Part shown: one piece after another, positions 38,443-46,675 of the stretch
Layout of the letters: the number at the start of each line of letters is the position of its first letter
How positions within the stretch are numbered: the first letter of the stretch is position 1
Source of the DNA: Helicobacteraceae bacterium
GTDB lineage: Bacteria > Campylobacterota > Campylobacteria > Campylobacterales > Sulfurimonadaceae
Length of the DNA: 64,000 nt
Assembly (NCBI GenBank): GCA_026988515.1
Contig: JALSLA010000069.1
Location: forward strand, 3,289 to 67,288
Direction of reading: 5' to 3'
Made by a program: the position numbers and the translations under genes
The notes under the pieces: generated by a model
What the model saw: only the letters and a program-made list of their open reading frames with translations
Told to the model about the DNA's origin: nothing
Database searches by the model: none

Positions 38443-39075
38443 ATGAAACTTGCTAAGTATGCCGAAGGCAATGCACTCTTCCAGCGTGCCTACTTTAAAA
38501 AACATGAAGAAGATCTGTTGAGTTTGGTTGAAAACGGGCAGCATCCTAAAGCGCTTTTTATCGGGTGTTCAGACTCTCGTGTCATTCCTGATCTCATGGT
38601 GCAAACCAAACCGGGAGATCTGTTTGTCATTCGTAATGTCGGTAACTTTGTGCCTCCTTATAAGCCTGATGAAGACTTTCATGCTACGGCTTCGGGCATT
38701 GAGTATGCAGTTTCCGTTTTGAAGGTTTCTGAAATCATCATTTGCGGTCACAGCCACTGTGGGGCGTGTAAAGCACTGTATGAACCCATTTCCGATCCAT
38801 CGCTTATACATACAAAAAAATGGCTGCAACTGGGTGAAAAAGCCAAATCAATGGCGCTGTTGACTCATGGTAAAGACGGTGACAAGGAAGCACTTCTGCG
38901 GGTTACGGAAAAGCTCTCTATTGTGTCACAGATAGACAACCTCCTCACCTACCCCTATATTAAAAAACGTCTGGATGATGAAACTATTTATATCCACGGA
39001 TGGTACTACAATATTGAGAACGGCAGTATTGAGTACTATGATCCGGAACATTATGAATTTAAGCCGTTGGCATAA
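38443..39075 (+). CDS. beta-class carbonic anhydrase
   Basis: CSDSR ... HSHCGAC zinc-ligand motifs. Start at MKLAKY, preceded by GAGGTG. Confidence 0.85.
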   Translation: MKLAKYAEGNALFQRAYFKKHEEDLLSLVENGQHPKALFIGCSDSRVIPDLMVQTKPGDLFVIRNVGNFVPPYKPDEDFHATASGIEYAVSVLKVSEIIICGHSHCGACKALYEPISDPSLIHTKKWLQLGEKAKSMALLTHGKDGDKEALLRVTEKLSIVSQIDNLLTYPYIKKRLDDETIYIHGWYYNIENGSIEYYDPEHYEFKPLA

Positions 39076-39080
39076 GTTGT

Positions 39081-39875
39081 TTAGTACCCTAGGTATAAAA
39101 ACAGAGCCGAGAGAAAATAGTTTGCTACAAACAGTGCAATAGCAGAATAGACAACCGCACTAATGGTTGCCTGCCCTACTCCTCTGGCCCCTCCGGATGA
39201 GTTGTAGCCGATATAGCTGCCGATGGTACTGACAATCAATCCGAATACTGCCGCTTTCACAACACCCGTACCGATATCGCTAAATTCACCCAAACGCATG
39301 ATGGTGTCTTGGTAGGCATGGGCATTAACACCCAATACCGAAGTAGAGACGAAGTACGCACTGCCAATAGCAACCACATCAAACCATAGTACCAAAATAG
39401 GCAATGAGATGGTTGTGGCAACTATGCGCGGCACAATGAGATACTGTTTTGAGTCAACGCCTAGAATGTCAATGGCATCAATCTGTTCGGTTACGCGCAT
39501 GGTTCCAAGCTCTGCTGCCATAGCACTGATGGAGCGTGAAATAAGCATTAATGTGGCAAAGACCGGTCCGAGTTCTTTGGTAATGGAGATAAAGACCGTA
39601 TAGCCAATAAAGGTCTCCACGCCAAAGTCATGAAAGCCGTTATAGAGCTGAATGGTTACCACCATACCGGTAAAGATTGCCGTTAACGTGACGACACCCA
39701 ATGTTCCGTAACCAATGGTTTCTAGTTGCACAATAAGCAATTTAAAACGTCTAAAAAACAGAAGAAGTTTTGGAAAAAGCTTTATTTGAAACAATAAATA
39801 GGCACCAAAACCCATGCTTTGGTTATATACTGAGACAAAAGGACGCCCAAAAAAACTTAAAATGCTCTCAATCAT
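39081..39875 (-). CDS. mlaE: MlaE-family ABC transporter permease
   Basis: 264 aa, multi-TM, with motifs ...ELGPVFATLMLISRSISAMAAELGTMRVTEQIDA..., typical of MlaE/Ttg2B. Confidence 0.85.
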   Translation of the reverse strand: MIESILSFFGRPFVSVYNQSMGFGAYLLFQIKLFPKLLLFFRRFKLLIVQLETIGYGTLGVVTLTAIFTGMVVTIQLYNGFHDFGVETFIGYTVFISITKELGPVFATLMLISRSISAMAAELGTMRVTEQIDAIDILGVDSKQYLIVPRIVATTISLPILVLWFDVVAIGSAYFVSTSVLGVNAHAYQDTIMRLGEFSDIGTGVVKAAVFGLIVSTIGSYIGYNSSGGARGVGQATISAVVYSAIALFVANYFLSALFLYLGY

Positions 39876-39956
39876 ATAATGAATTCCTTTGTATTGCCGA
39901 TATTATAGCAACTAAGCAGATAGTATCAACTGAAACCCTGTCTGCATAGATAAAAA

Positions 39957-39965
39957 TGCTAGAAT
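39957..39965 (+). promoter_or_regulatory. putative extended -10 promoter element TGcTAGAAT
   Basis: 31 nt upstream of the fliL ATG. Confidence 0.3.
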
Positions 39966-39995
39966 AACATTATTACATTAAAAGAAGGAAATATC

Positions 39996-40550
39996 ATGGC
40001 TGAAGAGACAGGCGAAGAGGTTCAAGAGAGCAGTACGCCGCAAAAGAAGTCATCGAGTTCATTGATGCTCATTATTGTGATTGTCATGCTCATTTTAGTT
40101 ATTTTGGTGGGTGCGGTAGCCTTTATTTTAATGAGTGGCGGCGATGATGAGAGTGCCGCGCAAAATGCTCCGGCAGCTCAAGAGAAACAGGTGAATCAGG
40201 CACAGCGCTCCTCAGGAGGGTCGGGAAACGTACGGCCTTTTACGGAAATTGGTCTGATGTTTCCGATGGATACGTTTACCGTCAATTTGCTTTCCGACAG
40301 CGGCAGACGCTATCTTAAAGTAGAGATGAATCTTGAAATCGACGGTGAAGAACTTGCTGCGGAACTCGACAATAAAAAAGCAGTCATACGCGATATTATT
40401 ATTCGTCTGCTCTCCTCGAAGTCTCTCGATGAGATCTCTACGGCCAAAGGCAAGGACAAACTCAAAGAGCAGATTACCGATCAGCTCAATTTACGTCTTC
40501 GTGACGGACGTATCAACAATGTCTATTTTACAGAGTTTGTGATTCAATAA
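39996..40550 (+). CDS. fliL: flagellar basal-body-associated protein FliL
   Basis: Charged N-terminus, single TM, then FTVNLLSDSGRRYLKVEMNLEI...IRDIII..L, the FliL family pattern. Confidence 0.7.
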   Translation: MAEETGEEVQESSTPQKKSSSSLMLIIVIVMLILVILVGAVAFILMSGGDDESAAQNAPAAQEKQVNQAQRSSGGSGNVRPFTEIGLMFPMDTFTVNLLSDSGRRYLKVEMNLEIDGEELAAELDNKKAVIRDIIIRLLSSKSLDEISTAKGKDKLKEQITDQLNLRLRDGRINNVYFTEFVIQ

Positions 40551-40565
40551 CGGCTCTAAAGTATT

Positions 40566-40826
40566 TTAATCTTCTTCAAGTGAGCGCATCTGCTCGAGCT
40601 CTTCAATGAGCTCCAGGCACTCCGATTCACTCATGTCGCCATTATTAATTTCTACGAGTGTCTCTTTAAACTCTTTTAAAATCATCTGCGCCTCTTTAAG
40701 ATCATCGGTATCTTCTTGCGTTGCTTTTTTTTTGGCAATGAGATCATAGAGGTAGTCAATATGGTCTTCGACATCGGCAATGACCTCCTCTTCGAGTAGT
40801 TTATAGAGTTGTTGTGCATGGGTCAT
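40566..40826 (-). CDS. small acidic hypothetical protein
   Basis: 86-aa helical, Glu/Asp-rich ORF with no motif. Confidence 0.4.
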   Translation of the reverse strand: MTHAQQLYKLLEEEVIADVEDHIDYLYDLIAKKKATQEDTDDLKEAQMILKEFKETLVEINNGDMSESECLELIEELEQMRSLEED

Positions 40827-40867
40827 AATATTCCTTTTGAGCCGTAATTTTACTATAATACTTTAAA

Positions 40868-40879
40868 ATTACATGTAAA
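40868..40879. repeat. copy of iterated palindrome (ATTACATGTAAA)
   Basis: Read directly. Lies in the divergent intergenic region, 13 nt before the ATG at 40892. Confidence 0.9.
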
Positions 40880-40891
40880 TCATGGATACCA

Positions 40892-41623
40892 ATGAATATT
40901 TATGCTGTTATTATCGGTACGGAAATTTTAAACGGAAGACGCGAAGATAAACATTTTAATTTTATGAAACATCTGTTGCAACAGTGGGGACATACGCTGT
41001 ATGCGTCATTCAGCATAAAAGATGATCCGGAACTTATTCGAAATATCTTTACTCTGGTTCGCTCCGATACAACATCGGTCATGTTCAGTTTTGGCGGTAT
41101 CGGTTCGACTCCCGATGATCTTACCCGTCAAATAGCCGCACACGTATTTACGCAGCAGCCTCTTGCAGAGCACCCGAAATTTGCTCATGACATTAAAGAA
41201 CGTTTTGGTGATGACGCATATCCGCACCGCATTCAGATGGCATATCTTCCCCAAGGTGCGCACTTGTTATACAATCCGATTAACAACATGTCAGGATTTG
41301 CCCTCCAAAGGCGTTTCTTCTTTGTTCCGGGATTTCCGGAAATGGCACACCCTATGGTTGAAGAAGCCGTTAAAAATTATCTTCCTCGGGCGAAAACAAC
41401 ATATCGTAAAACACTCATAGCCGATACCAGCGAAAATACCCTCATTACAACCATGCAAATGCTACCGGAGAGCATTGAACTCTCCTCACTGCCTATACTG
41501 CGTCAAGGATTGCCTCGTGTCGAACTCTCGTTATCGTCACGTGACGCGAATACTTTAAATCAGGTGTTTGAAGAGTTTCAGCGGGTATTGCAAGCAAAAA
41601 AGATTGCCTATGAAATACTTTAG
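40892..41623 (+). CDS. CinA-like molybdopterin-binding (MoCF_BD) domain protein
   Basis: N-terminus AVIIGTEILNGRREDKHFNF...GGIGSTPDDLT, typical of the CinA N-terminal / MoaB-MogA-like fold. Confidence 0.7.
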   Translation: MNIYAVIIGTEILNGRREDKHFNFMKHLLQQWGHTLYASFSIKDDPELIRNIFTLVRSDTTSVMFSFGGIGSTPDDLTRQIAAHVFTQQPLAEHPKFAHDIKERFGDDAYPHRIQMAYLPQGAHLLYNPINNMSGFALQRRFFFVPGFPEMAHPMVEEAVKNYLPRAKTTYRKTLIADTSENTLITTMQMLPESIELSSLPILRQGLPRVELSLSSRDANTLNQVFEEFQRVLQAKKIAYEIL

Positions 41624-42102
41624 GTATTTTCTTCATGCTCCAACAGGGCTAGCATGCTCTTTTTTTGCATTTTACGCGCAAAATCATAAGCACTGTAACC
41701 TCGGTTGTCAAGACGCTCCTTGTCGCCTCCTGCTTGTAAAATAAGCTCTAGCATTTTGACTCTACCGTAACAGGTCGCTGCCATTAGTGGCGTAAATCCA
41801 CTTTTTCGTTTGGTCTCGTTGACATTGATGCCTCGTGCAATCATGTACTCCACAAAGGCCAGGTTATTGTAGGTTATAGCACACTCAAAGACACTGACAC
41901 CTTCAGAGTCGCAGCCATCCACATCGGCACCATGCTCAACAAGAAGCTCAATAATGTCATTATCGCAGCGAAAACGTAGAGCACATGAGATGACATTCTC
42001 TTCCGATTCCGTACGCTCGTTAATGTCAGCACCCTCTTTGAGGTATTTTTTAATACCTACATAGTCGTTGTCTTGAAGCAGTGTTAGCCATTTTGCCGTC
42101 AT
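41620..42102 (-). CDS. ankyrin-repeat protein
   Basis: Three to four ANK repeats (e.g. GFTPLMAATCYGRVKMLELILQAGGD, ...LLVEHGADVD). No signal peptide. Confidence 0.8.
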   Translation of the reverse strand: MTAKWLTLLQDNDYVGIKKYLKEGADINERTESEENVISCALRFRCDNDIIELLVEHGADVDGCDSEGVSVFECAITYNNLAFVEYMIARGINVNETKRKSGFTPLMAATCYGRVKMLELILQAGGDKERLDNRGYSAYDFARKMQKKSMLALLEHEENT

Positions 42103-42208
42103 AAAATTGTCCCATACAGTCTATTCATATCATAGTATAACATGCCGGAGACGACTCCTGAAAGAGCGTATAAAATTTATTATTTAATTTAAGTAATTTC
42201 AAATGTTA

Positions 42209-42217
42209 TGCTAAAAT
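42209..42217 (+). promoter_or_regulatory. putative extended -10 promoter element TGcTAAAAT
   Basis: 28 nt upstream of the dapD ATG. Confidence 0.35.
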
Positions 42218-42244
42218 TCCAAAAAATTACCAGAGAGAGCACCC

Positions 42245-43441
42245 ATGAACATTATTGAAACTGCCGACGCATTTAAAGCCTGTGTTGAGACTATAACATC
42301 CAAACCTGCCTATAAAGATCCTTTGGCTTTTGGTATCTGCCGTATCGATTACGGACAGCTTAATGTCGACAAAGTCCTTCAGGCAACCTACCCTTTAATT
42401 AACTGGAATGAAAACTTCGGAAGTGCCGCTATTTTTATTGAAGCTTTACGTGAGCAAAATATACATGTAGATTGTAACGCCAATGAAGTGGTCTGTAATA
42501 TTAACCTTGAGTTCTTACAAAGCTGCCTTAATGCCTTTACTCCGTATGCCGACGAAGCCGTAGGCAATGCCCACAAAAATATTCAAGTGATTTCGGCACT
42601 CTATAATCAACTGAAACATGAAGGGTCCCGCGAAGGTGGATTTCGTGTCGTTTTTATCTTTAACGATGCCCCATGCGAGAGTGTTGAAGCAACCTATTTA
42701 AAACTTTATGCTATTTCTCAGGCAAAAGTAGCACTGCGCTCCATTAACCTTAACGGTGCTTTTGGAGCACTGCCCAATGTGGCATGGTCTTCAGGCGTAC
42801 CGATTGAACTCGATTGGTTACGAGAATTTGAGATTGAACTGAAACTTTCAAATACCTACCCGCACATTGATTTTGTCGATAAATTCCCCCGTTTTCTGCA
42901 ACATATTATTCCATCAGACAATACCCGAATTTTAGAGACATCCAAAGTACGCTTCGGTGCACAGCTTCATGCCGGTACAACGGTAATGCCCGGAGCAAGT
43001 TACATTAACTTCAATGCCGGTACTACCGGTGTGAGTATGGTTGAAGGAAGAATTTCCAGTTCTGCCATTGTGGGTGACGGCAGCGATGTCGGTGGCGGTG
43101 CTTCGATTCTCGGAGTGCTTAGCGGTACCGACGGCAACCCTATTTCAGTAGGTAAAAATTCACTTCTTGGCGCCAATTCGGTATGTGGCATTCCTTTAGG
43201 TGACGGCTGTATTATCGATGCCGGATTGGCCATATTGGAAGGAACCAAAGTCGGTATTTCTCCTGAAGAACTTCAAAAGATCAATAGCGCCAATCCCGGG
43301 GTAACACTTTCGGGTGAGATTTTCAAAGGTAAGGATCTGGCAGGACTTAACGGCTTGCACTTTCGTCAAGACTCCCGCACCGGCGAGATTGTTGCCAAAC
43401 GCTCTACGCGTGAAATCAAGCTCAACGCAGATCTGCACTAA
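42245..43441 (+). CDS. dapD: 2,3,4,5-tetrahydropyridine-2,6-dicarboxylate N-succinyltransferase (long form)
   Basis: Left-handed beta-helix hexapeptide repeats (VGDGSDVGGGASILGVLSG...GANSV). The about 400 aa size matches the Campylobacter-type DapD. Confidence 0.8.
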   Translation: MNIIETADAFKACVETITSKPAYKDPLAFGICRIDYGQLNVDKVLQATYPLINWNENFGSAAIFIEALREQNIHVDCNANEVVCNINLEFLQSCLNAFTPYADEAVGNAHKNIQVISALYNQLKHEGSREGGFRVVFIFNDAPCESVEATYLKLYAISQAKVALRSINLNGAFGALPNVAWSSGVPIELDWLREFEIELKLSNTYPHIDFVDKFPRFLQHIIPSDNTRILETSKVRFGAQLHAGTTVMPGASYINFNAGTTGVSMVEGRISSSAIVGDGSDVGGGASILGVLSGTDGNPISVGKNSLLGANSVCGIPLGDGCIIDAGLAILEGTKVGISPEELQKINSANPGVTLSGEIFKGKDLAGLNGLHFRQDSRTGEIVAKRSTREIKLNADLH

Positions 43442-43465
43442 CCGCTTTTTCGGGCAGGTCCCGAA

Positions 43466-43477
43466 ATTACATGTAAA
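43466..43477. repeat. copy of iterated palindrome (ATTACATGTAAA)
   Basis: Read directly. Lies 25 nt after the dapD stop. Confidence 0.9.
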
Positions 43478-43541
43478 TTCTAATGGATACATAAGAAAAA
43501 TTATTCTATAATATTTTTAAACCATAAGGAGTTGCATTTCA

Positions 43542-43847
43542 ATGATCGCTTCAAATCTCTCTTCTGTTATGGCACATCAATCCTATATGAATGCCAGTGC
43601 CGCTAATGTAGCCAATGTCAACAGTGACGGATTTTCTCCGGTGCAAACGACACTCAATTCAGGAAGTAACGGCGGTGTTCGCGCTACATTTTCTCAACAG
43701 AGCATCAATGCCTCGTTGCAGAGTCAAACAAACTTAGCTACTGAAATGACCGATCAAATGCGCATAGAATCCTCTGTGTCAAGCAATATTACCGCCATAA
43801 AAACGGATGACAAAATGTTTGGGACACTGTTGGATATTAAGGCGTAA
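43542..43847 (+). CDS. miniature flagellar rod-protein-like protein (101 aa)
   Basis: AAGGAG RBS. The N-terminal AANVANVNSDGF resembles the rod motif ANNIANVNTxGF (compare FlgG in this window). The C-terminal NLATEMTDQMRIESSVSSNITAIKTDDKMFGTLLDI resembles the FlgG C-terminus VELTDLITGQRAYDANSKVITTSDEMLQTV. Confidence 0.5.
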   Translation: MIASNLSSVMAHQSYMNASAANVANVNSDGFSPVQTTLNSGSNGGVRATFSQQSINASLQSQTNLATEMTDQMRIESSVSSNITAIKTDDKMFGTLLDIKA

Positions 43848-45147
43848 TTGTACGGGGCTCTTGTGTAATAATATTCATGCTCTCTAAATTTTTCAAATGG
43901 GCATACTGAGGATCATAGTCAGGTTGTTCTTTGCCAAGATCCAGCGTACTAATAACAGTTTTACCAATAATTTTTCTACCGGAAATACCATTATTGAGTG
44001 TACGAACTCCCCATGTATCGTGAAATACCATAATTTTCCCCTTGTAGACTCCCAAATAGAGCAACACGTGACCACGTCGATAAAGAATCGTTTCAAAAGG
44101 TACTCCCTCAGCAATAATACGCTCGCGTTTGCGGTGTTTATTGAGTCCTTTCAAGGAGATCACCCGCCCTATATTAGCCTGTTTTGATGAGTTGCGTGGT
44201 AACCATATGCCAAAAGAAGCAAAAAGATCCCGTAACGTCGAAGAGCAGTCGCGTTCTTCATAGAGACCGCCCCAGCCGTATTTTCTGCCAATAAGTTGGT
44301 TTAAAAGAAGTACCATATTTTCTCTGGTAAGACGCATTGTACCACAGTGGACTGAAGTACGCGGTATTACGCTATGGACCAAACTCTTTTCATGATAGAC
44401 CGAAACCGTAACGTGCGTACCATTCATATCATGGTAGGGCAGCATCATACCAATGCGCGCATACGTTAGAAAGGTACCGTTACTGTCATGAAGTGGAAAG
44501 TGCTCATGCGTTACATGTAAAAATTTATTGGCTTCATAAGATTGTGTTGCTTCTTGAGTCAGCAATGTTATGTTGTGGCGGCGAACCCAACCGCTGGCAT
44601 AGGAAGTAAAAACATAAACCCACGCACCGTCTTTAGAGTAGTGTGATACAAAAAGCGGCTCATTGGAATGAATACCCGAGTTTTGCATGTAATCAAAAGG
44701 AAAACCCTCCCCTGCTTTTAAAGGATTGCTAAAAAGTGGTTTATGAGTCGGAAATGCACGTAAGTGTGTAAAATGTCGTGTTATAGCGTAACGATTCACG
44801 CTCCCGAAGCTATCAAAATTAGCCTGCTGTGCCATTGTGGAAAACCATGAGGGATCAATAGGCAGCAGGTTTTCTCCATAGCTTTCTGAAGCCTTGTAAC
44901 GTCTGAATGCCCACATGGCTTCAAATTTTGCAACAGGAGGTTCACTCATGTGCCATGGAGTAAAGTAGGCTTTCTTGTAGTGCCGCTGCAGTGCTAAGAG
45001 CTCCTTTTTTGGCTGCATATTTTCTATGTAAACACGGCTTTCTTGGGCATAGTTAAGCAAGTCGGCAACAGGTGTGCTGCTTTTTTTACAAGAGCAGCCT
45101 CCGAATATAAGAATAAGAGAAAAAAAGACAAACAGCTGCTTTTTCAA
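43837..45147 (-). CDS. NlpC/P60 (C40) cell-wall peptidase lipoprotein with N-terminal SH3-like region
   Basis: Lipobox IFGGC. C-terminal YGWGGLYEERDCSSTLRDLF (catalytic Cys) and RGHVLLYLG (His). TTG start overlaps the upstream stop (TTGA). Confidence 0.75.
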   Translation of the reverse strand: MKKQLFVFFSLILIFGGCSCKKSSTPVADLLNYAQESRVYIENMQPKKELLALQRHYKKAYFTPWHMSEPPVAKFEAMWAFRRYKASESYGENLLPIDPSWFSTMAQQANFDSFGSVNRYAITRHFTHLRAFPTHKPLFSNPLKAGEGFPFDYMQNSGIHSNEPLFVSHYSKDGAWVYVFTSYASGWVRRHNITLLTQEATQSYEANKFLHVTHEHFPLHDSNGTFLTYARIGMMLPYHDMNGTHVTVSVYHEKSLVHSVIPRTSVHCGTMRLTRENMVLLLNQLIGRKYGWGGLYEERDCSSTLRDLFASFGIWLPRNSSKQANIGRVISLKGLNKHRKRERIIAEGVPFETILYRRGHVLLYLGVYKGKIMVFHDTWGVRTLNNGISGRKIIGKTVISTLDLGKEQPDYDPQYAHLKNLESMNIITQEPRTITP

Positions 45148-45803
45148 TCAATACCGCCAAATCGTCCTACAATACGACCGATAACTTCAATTTCTTCAGG
45201 ATAAACAGTCTGTATAGGATACTCTTTATTGTCAGAAATTATATCAATTTTTCCATCAATTCTTTTTTGAATACGCTTAATAAAAAGACCATGTTCGGTA
45301 TTAATGGTAAAAATACCGCCACGGGAGATGTCTTGTTTGGAGCGATTTAAAAAAACAATATCATGATAACTGAAGGTGGGTTCCATTGAATCACCCGAAA
45401 CATTGATAGCTTCAATATTTTTAAGCTCGCGCTCCCCTCCGAGTGTAATAACAAAGTTTTCCGACAACATAAGGGATTCATAATTTTCATTATCGGTATG
45501 ACCGCCGCCGCCGGCAGATGCATTTACATCACTGAAGTAGCGTATCATAAAGAACTTGTTGGTTGCTTCAATAAGACTTTCCGGCGCTTGATTGTAAAGC
45601 AACCAGTTAATAGCAATAGAGCGTTTTGCGCAAAAATCAAGCAGTTCGCGAAACGGTATTTTATTTCTTTTTTTCATGGTAGCAAAGTTCATTTGTGAAA
45701 TTCCCAGAAGATCAGCTACGTCTTTGTCAAAAACTTTTTTTCCTTTATAGTCAATGGAGATAATATCTTTAATCTCCTCGACAATATCTAAGAATGGCTT
45801 CAT
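45144..45803 (-). CDS. phage CI/LexA-like repressor: HTH + S24 self-cleaving peptidase domain
   Basis: N-terminal VADLLGISQMNFATMKKRNKIPFRELLDFCAKRSIAINWLLY (CI-repressor type HTH), candidate Ala-Gly cleavage site (NASAGGGG), Ser motif GDSMEPTF, Lys motif LFIKRIQ. Confidence 0.8.
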   Translation of the reverse strand: MKPFLDIVEEIKDIISIDYKGKKVFDKDVADLLGISQMNFATMKKRNKIPFRELLDFCAKRSIAINWLLYNQAPESLIEATNKFFMIRYFSDVNASAGGGGHTDNENYESLMLSENFVITLGGERELKNIEAINVSGDSMEPTFSYHDIVFLNRSKQDISRGGIFTINTEHGLFIKRIQKRIDGKIDIISDNKEYPIQTVYPEEIEVIGRIVGRFGGID

Positions 45804-45811
45804 TGCGCTCT

Positions 45812-45823
45812 CCTACATGTAAA
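45812..45823. repeat. copy of iterated palindrome (CCTACATGTAAA)
   Basis: Read directly. On the minus strand it abuts the repressor gene's Shine-Dalgarno: TTTTACATGTAGGAGAGCGCAATG. Confidence 0.9.
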
Positions 45824-46031
45824 ATAATGGAATAGCAGTATCATAAACATTTTGCGGAGTATTCCATAAAAATATGTCATTTTGCAATATTAATTTAATA
45901 ATTTTCATAAATACTCTAAAATTTTTCCAACGACACAAAAAGGAGTCAATGATGGCAACAATTATAAAACAGGCAGAAACACTCTTTGAGCGGTTTGAAC
46001 ATACGCTTGAAGTGCTTGCAGAAAAACTGCT

Positions 46032-46205
46032 TTAACGCTTTCGTGAATTATGTTGAGACTCAGGCGTTGTAGATTTTCGCTCTTTGTCTTTTTGTCGCTC
46101 TTCTTCTTCGCGTTGTATATATTTTTGGTGGTGATAGCCACGAAAAACAAAGATCATAAAGAGTACAAAAAGTACTAACATAATGGTATCGACAATGGGA
46201 TTCAC
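46032..46205 (-). CDS. possible 57-aa single-pass membrane protein (GTG start overlapping trmL stop)
   Basis: My own translation gives (M)NPIVDTIMLVLFVLFMIFVFRGYHHQKYIQREEEERQKDKERKSTTPESQHNSRKR. GTGA start/stop overlap with trmL. It is too short for the ORF track. Confidence 0.3.
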   Translation of the reverse strand: MNPIVDTIMLVLFVLFMIFVFRGYHHQKYIQREEEERQKDKERKSTTPESQHNSRKR

Positions 46206-46675
46206 ATGACATCCTTGCTGTAGGTATTGAAATTTTGTCTGATTGCCTCATAAAGAATAATACCGGTACTGATAGCAAGATTGAGACTGCGACCCTCTTT
46301 CCCCATAGGAATGGTCATGCATTGGGTTGCATAAGCATTGAGAAGAGAACTTTTTATACCGGAAGTCTCGCTGCCAAAAAAGAGAAAGTCTCCGGCTTTA
46401 AACTGCTGTTCGAAATAAGGTGTTTGTGTCTTTGTTGTAGCAAAAAAGAAGCGATCACTCTGAGGATTTGCCTCTAAAAACTCCTCAAAACTTTTCCAAA
46501 CCTTGAGCTTCAGCAGCTTCCAGTAGTCAAGCCCTGCCCGTCGTACAGCCTTTTCATCAAGTGAAAATCCAATGGGTTCAATAAGATGTAGCGTAGTGTC
46601 GGTATTGACACAAAGGCGCCCGATAGCTCCCGTATTGGTCGGAATTTGCGGATGTACCAATACGATGTGAAACAT
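46202..46675 (-). CDS. trmL: tRNA (cytidine/uridine-2'-O)-methyltransferase TrmL (SpoU/TrmH family)
   Basis: 157 aa with motifs IVLVHPQIPTNTGAIGRLC, FGSETSG, IPM...RSLNLAISTGIILYEA. Confidence 0.85.
   Translation of the reverse strand: MFHIVLVHPQIPTNTGAIGRLCVNTDTTLHLIEPIGFSLDEKAVRRAGLDYWKLLKLKVWKSFEEFLEANPQSDRFFFATTKTQTPYFEQQFKAGDFLFFGSETSGIKSSLLNAYATQCMTIPMGKEGRSLNLAISTGIILYEAIRQNFNTYSKDVM

Noticed and set aside
39931-39946. sigma54-like sequence TGAAACcctgtcTGCA upstream of fliL
   Set aside because: The invariant GG of the -24 element is GA. A good extended -10 (TGcTAGAAT) lies closer to the gene. The genuine sigma54 promoter in this window (51438-51454) is a far better match.
43837-46205. 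Prophage remnant (CI-like repressor + lysin-like hydrolase + small divergent ORF)
   Set aside because: No integrase, terminase, portal, capsid, tail or holin genes, and no att-like repeats. The flanking genes (dapD, trmL, purU) are core. It is kept as a finding only as an unusual operon.
45962-46278. Track ORFs 45962-46150 (62 aa) and 46060-46278 (72 aa), both on the minus strand
   Set aside because: The second runs into the trmL coding region in another frame, and neither has an RBS. A third frame (46032-46205), with GTGA coupling to trmL and a clean TM helix, is the more plausible reading, though still weak.
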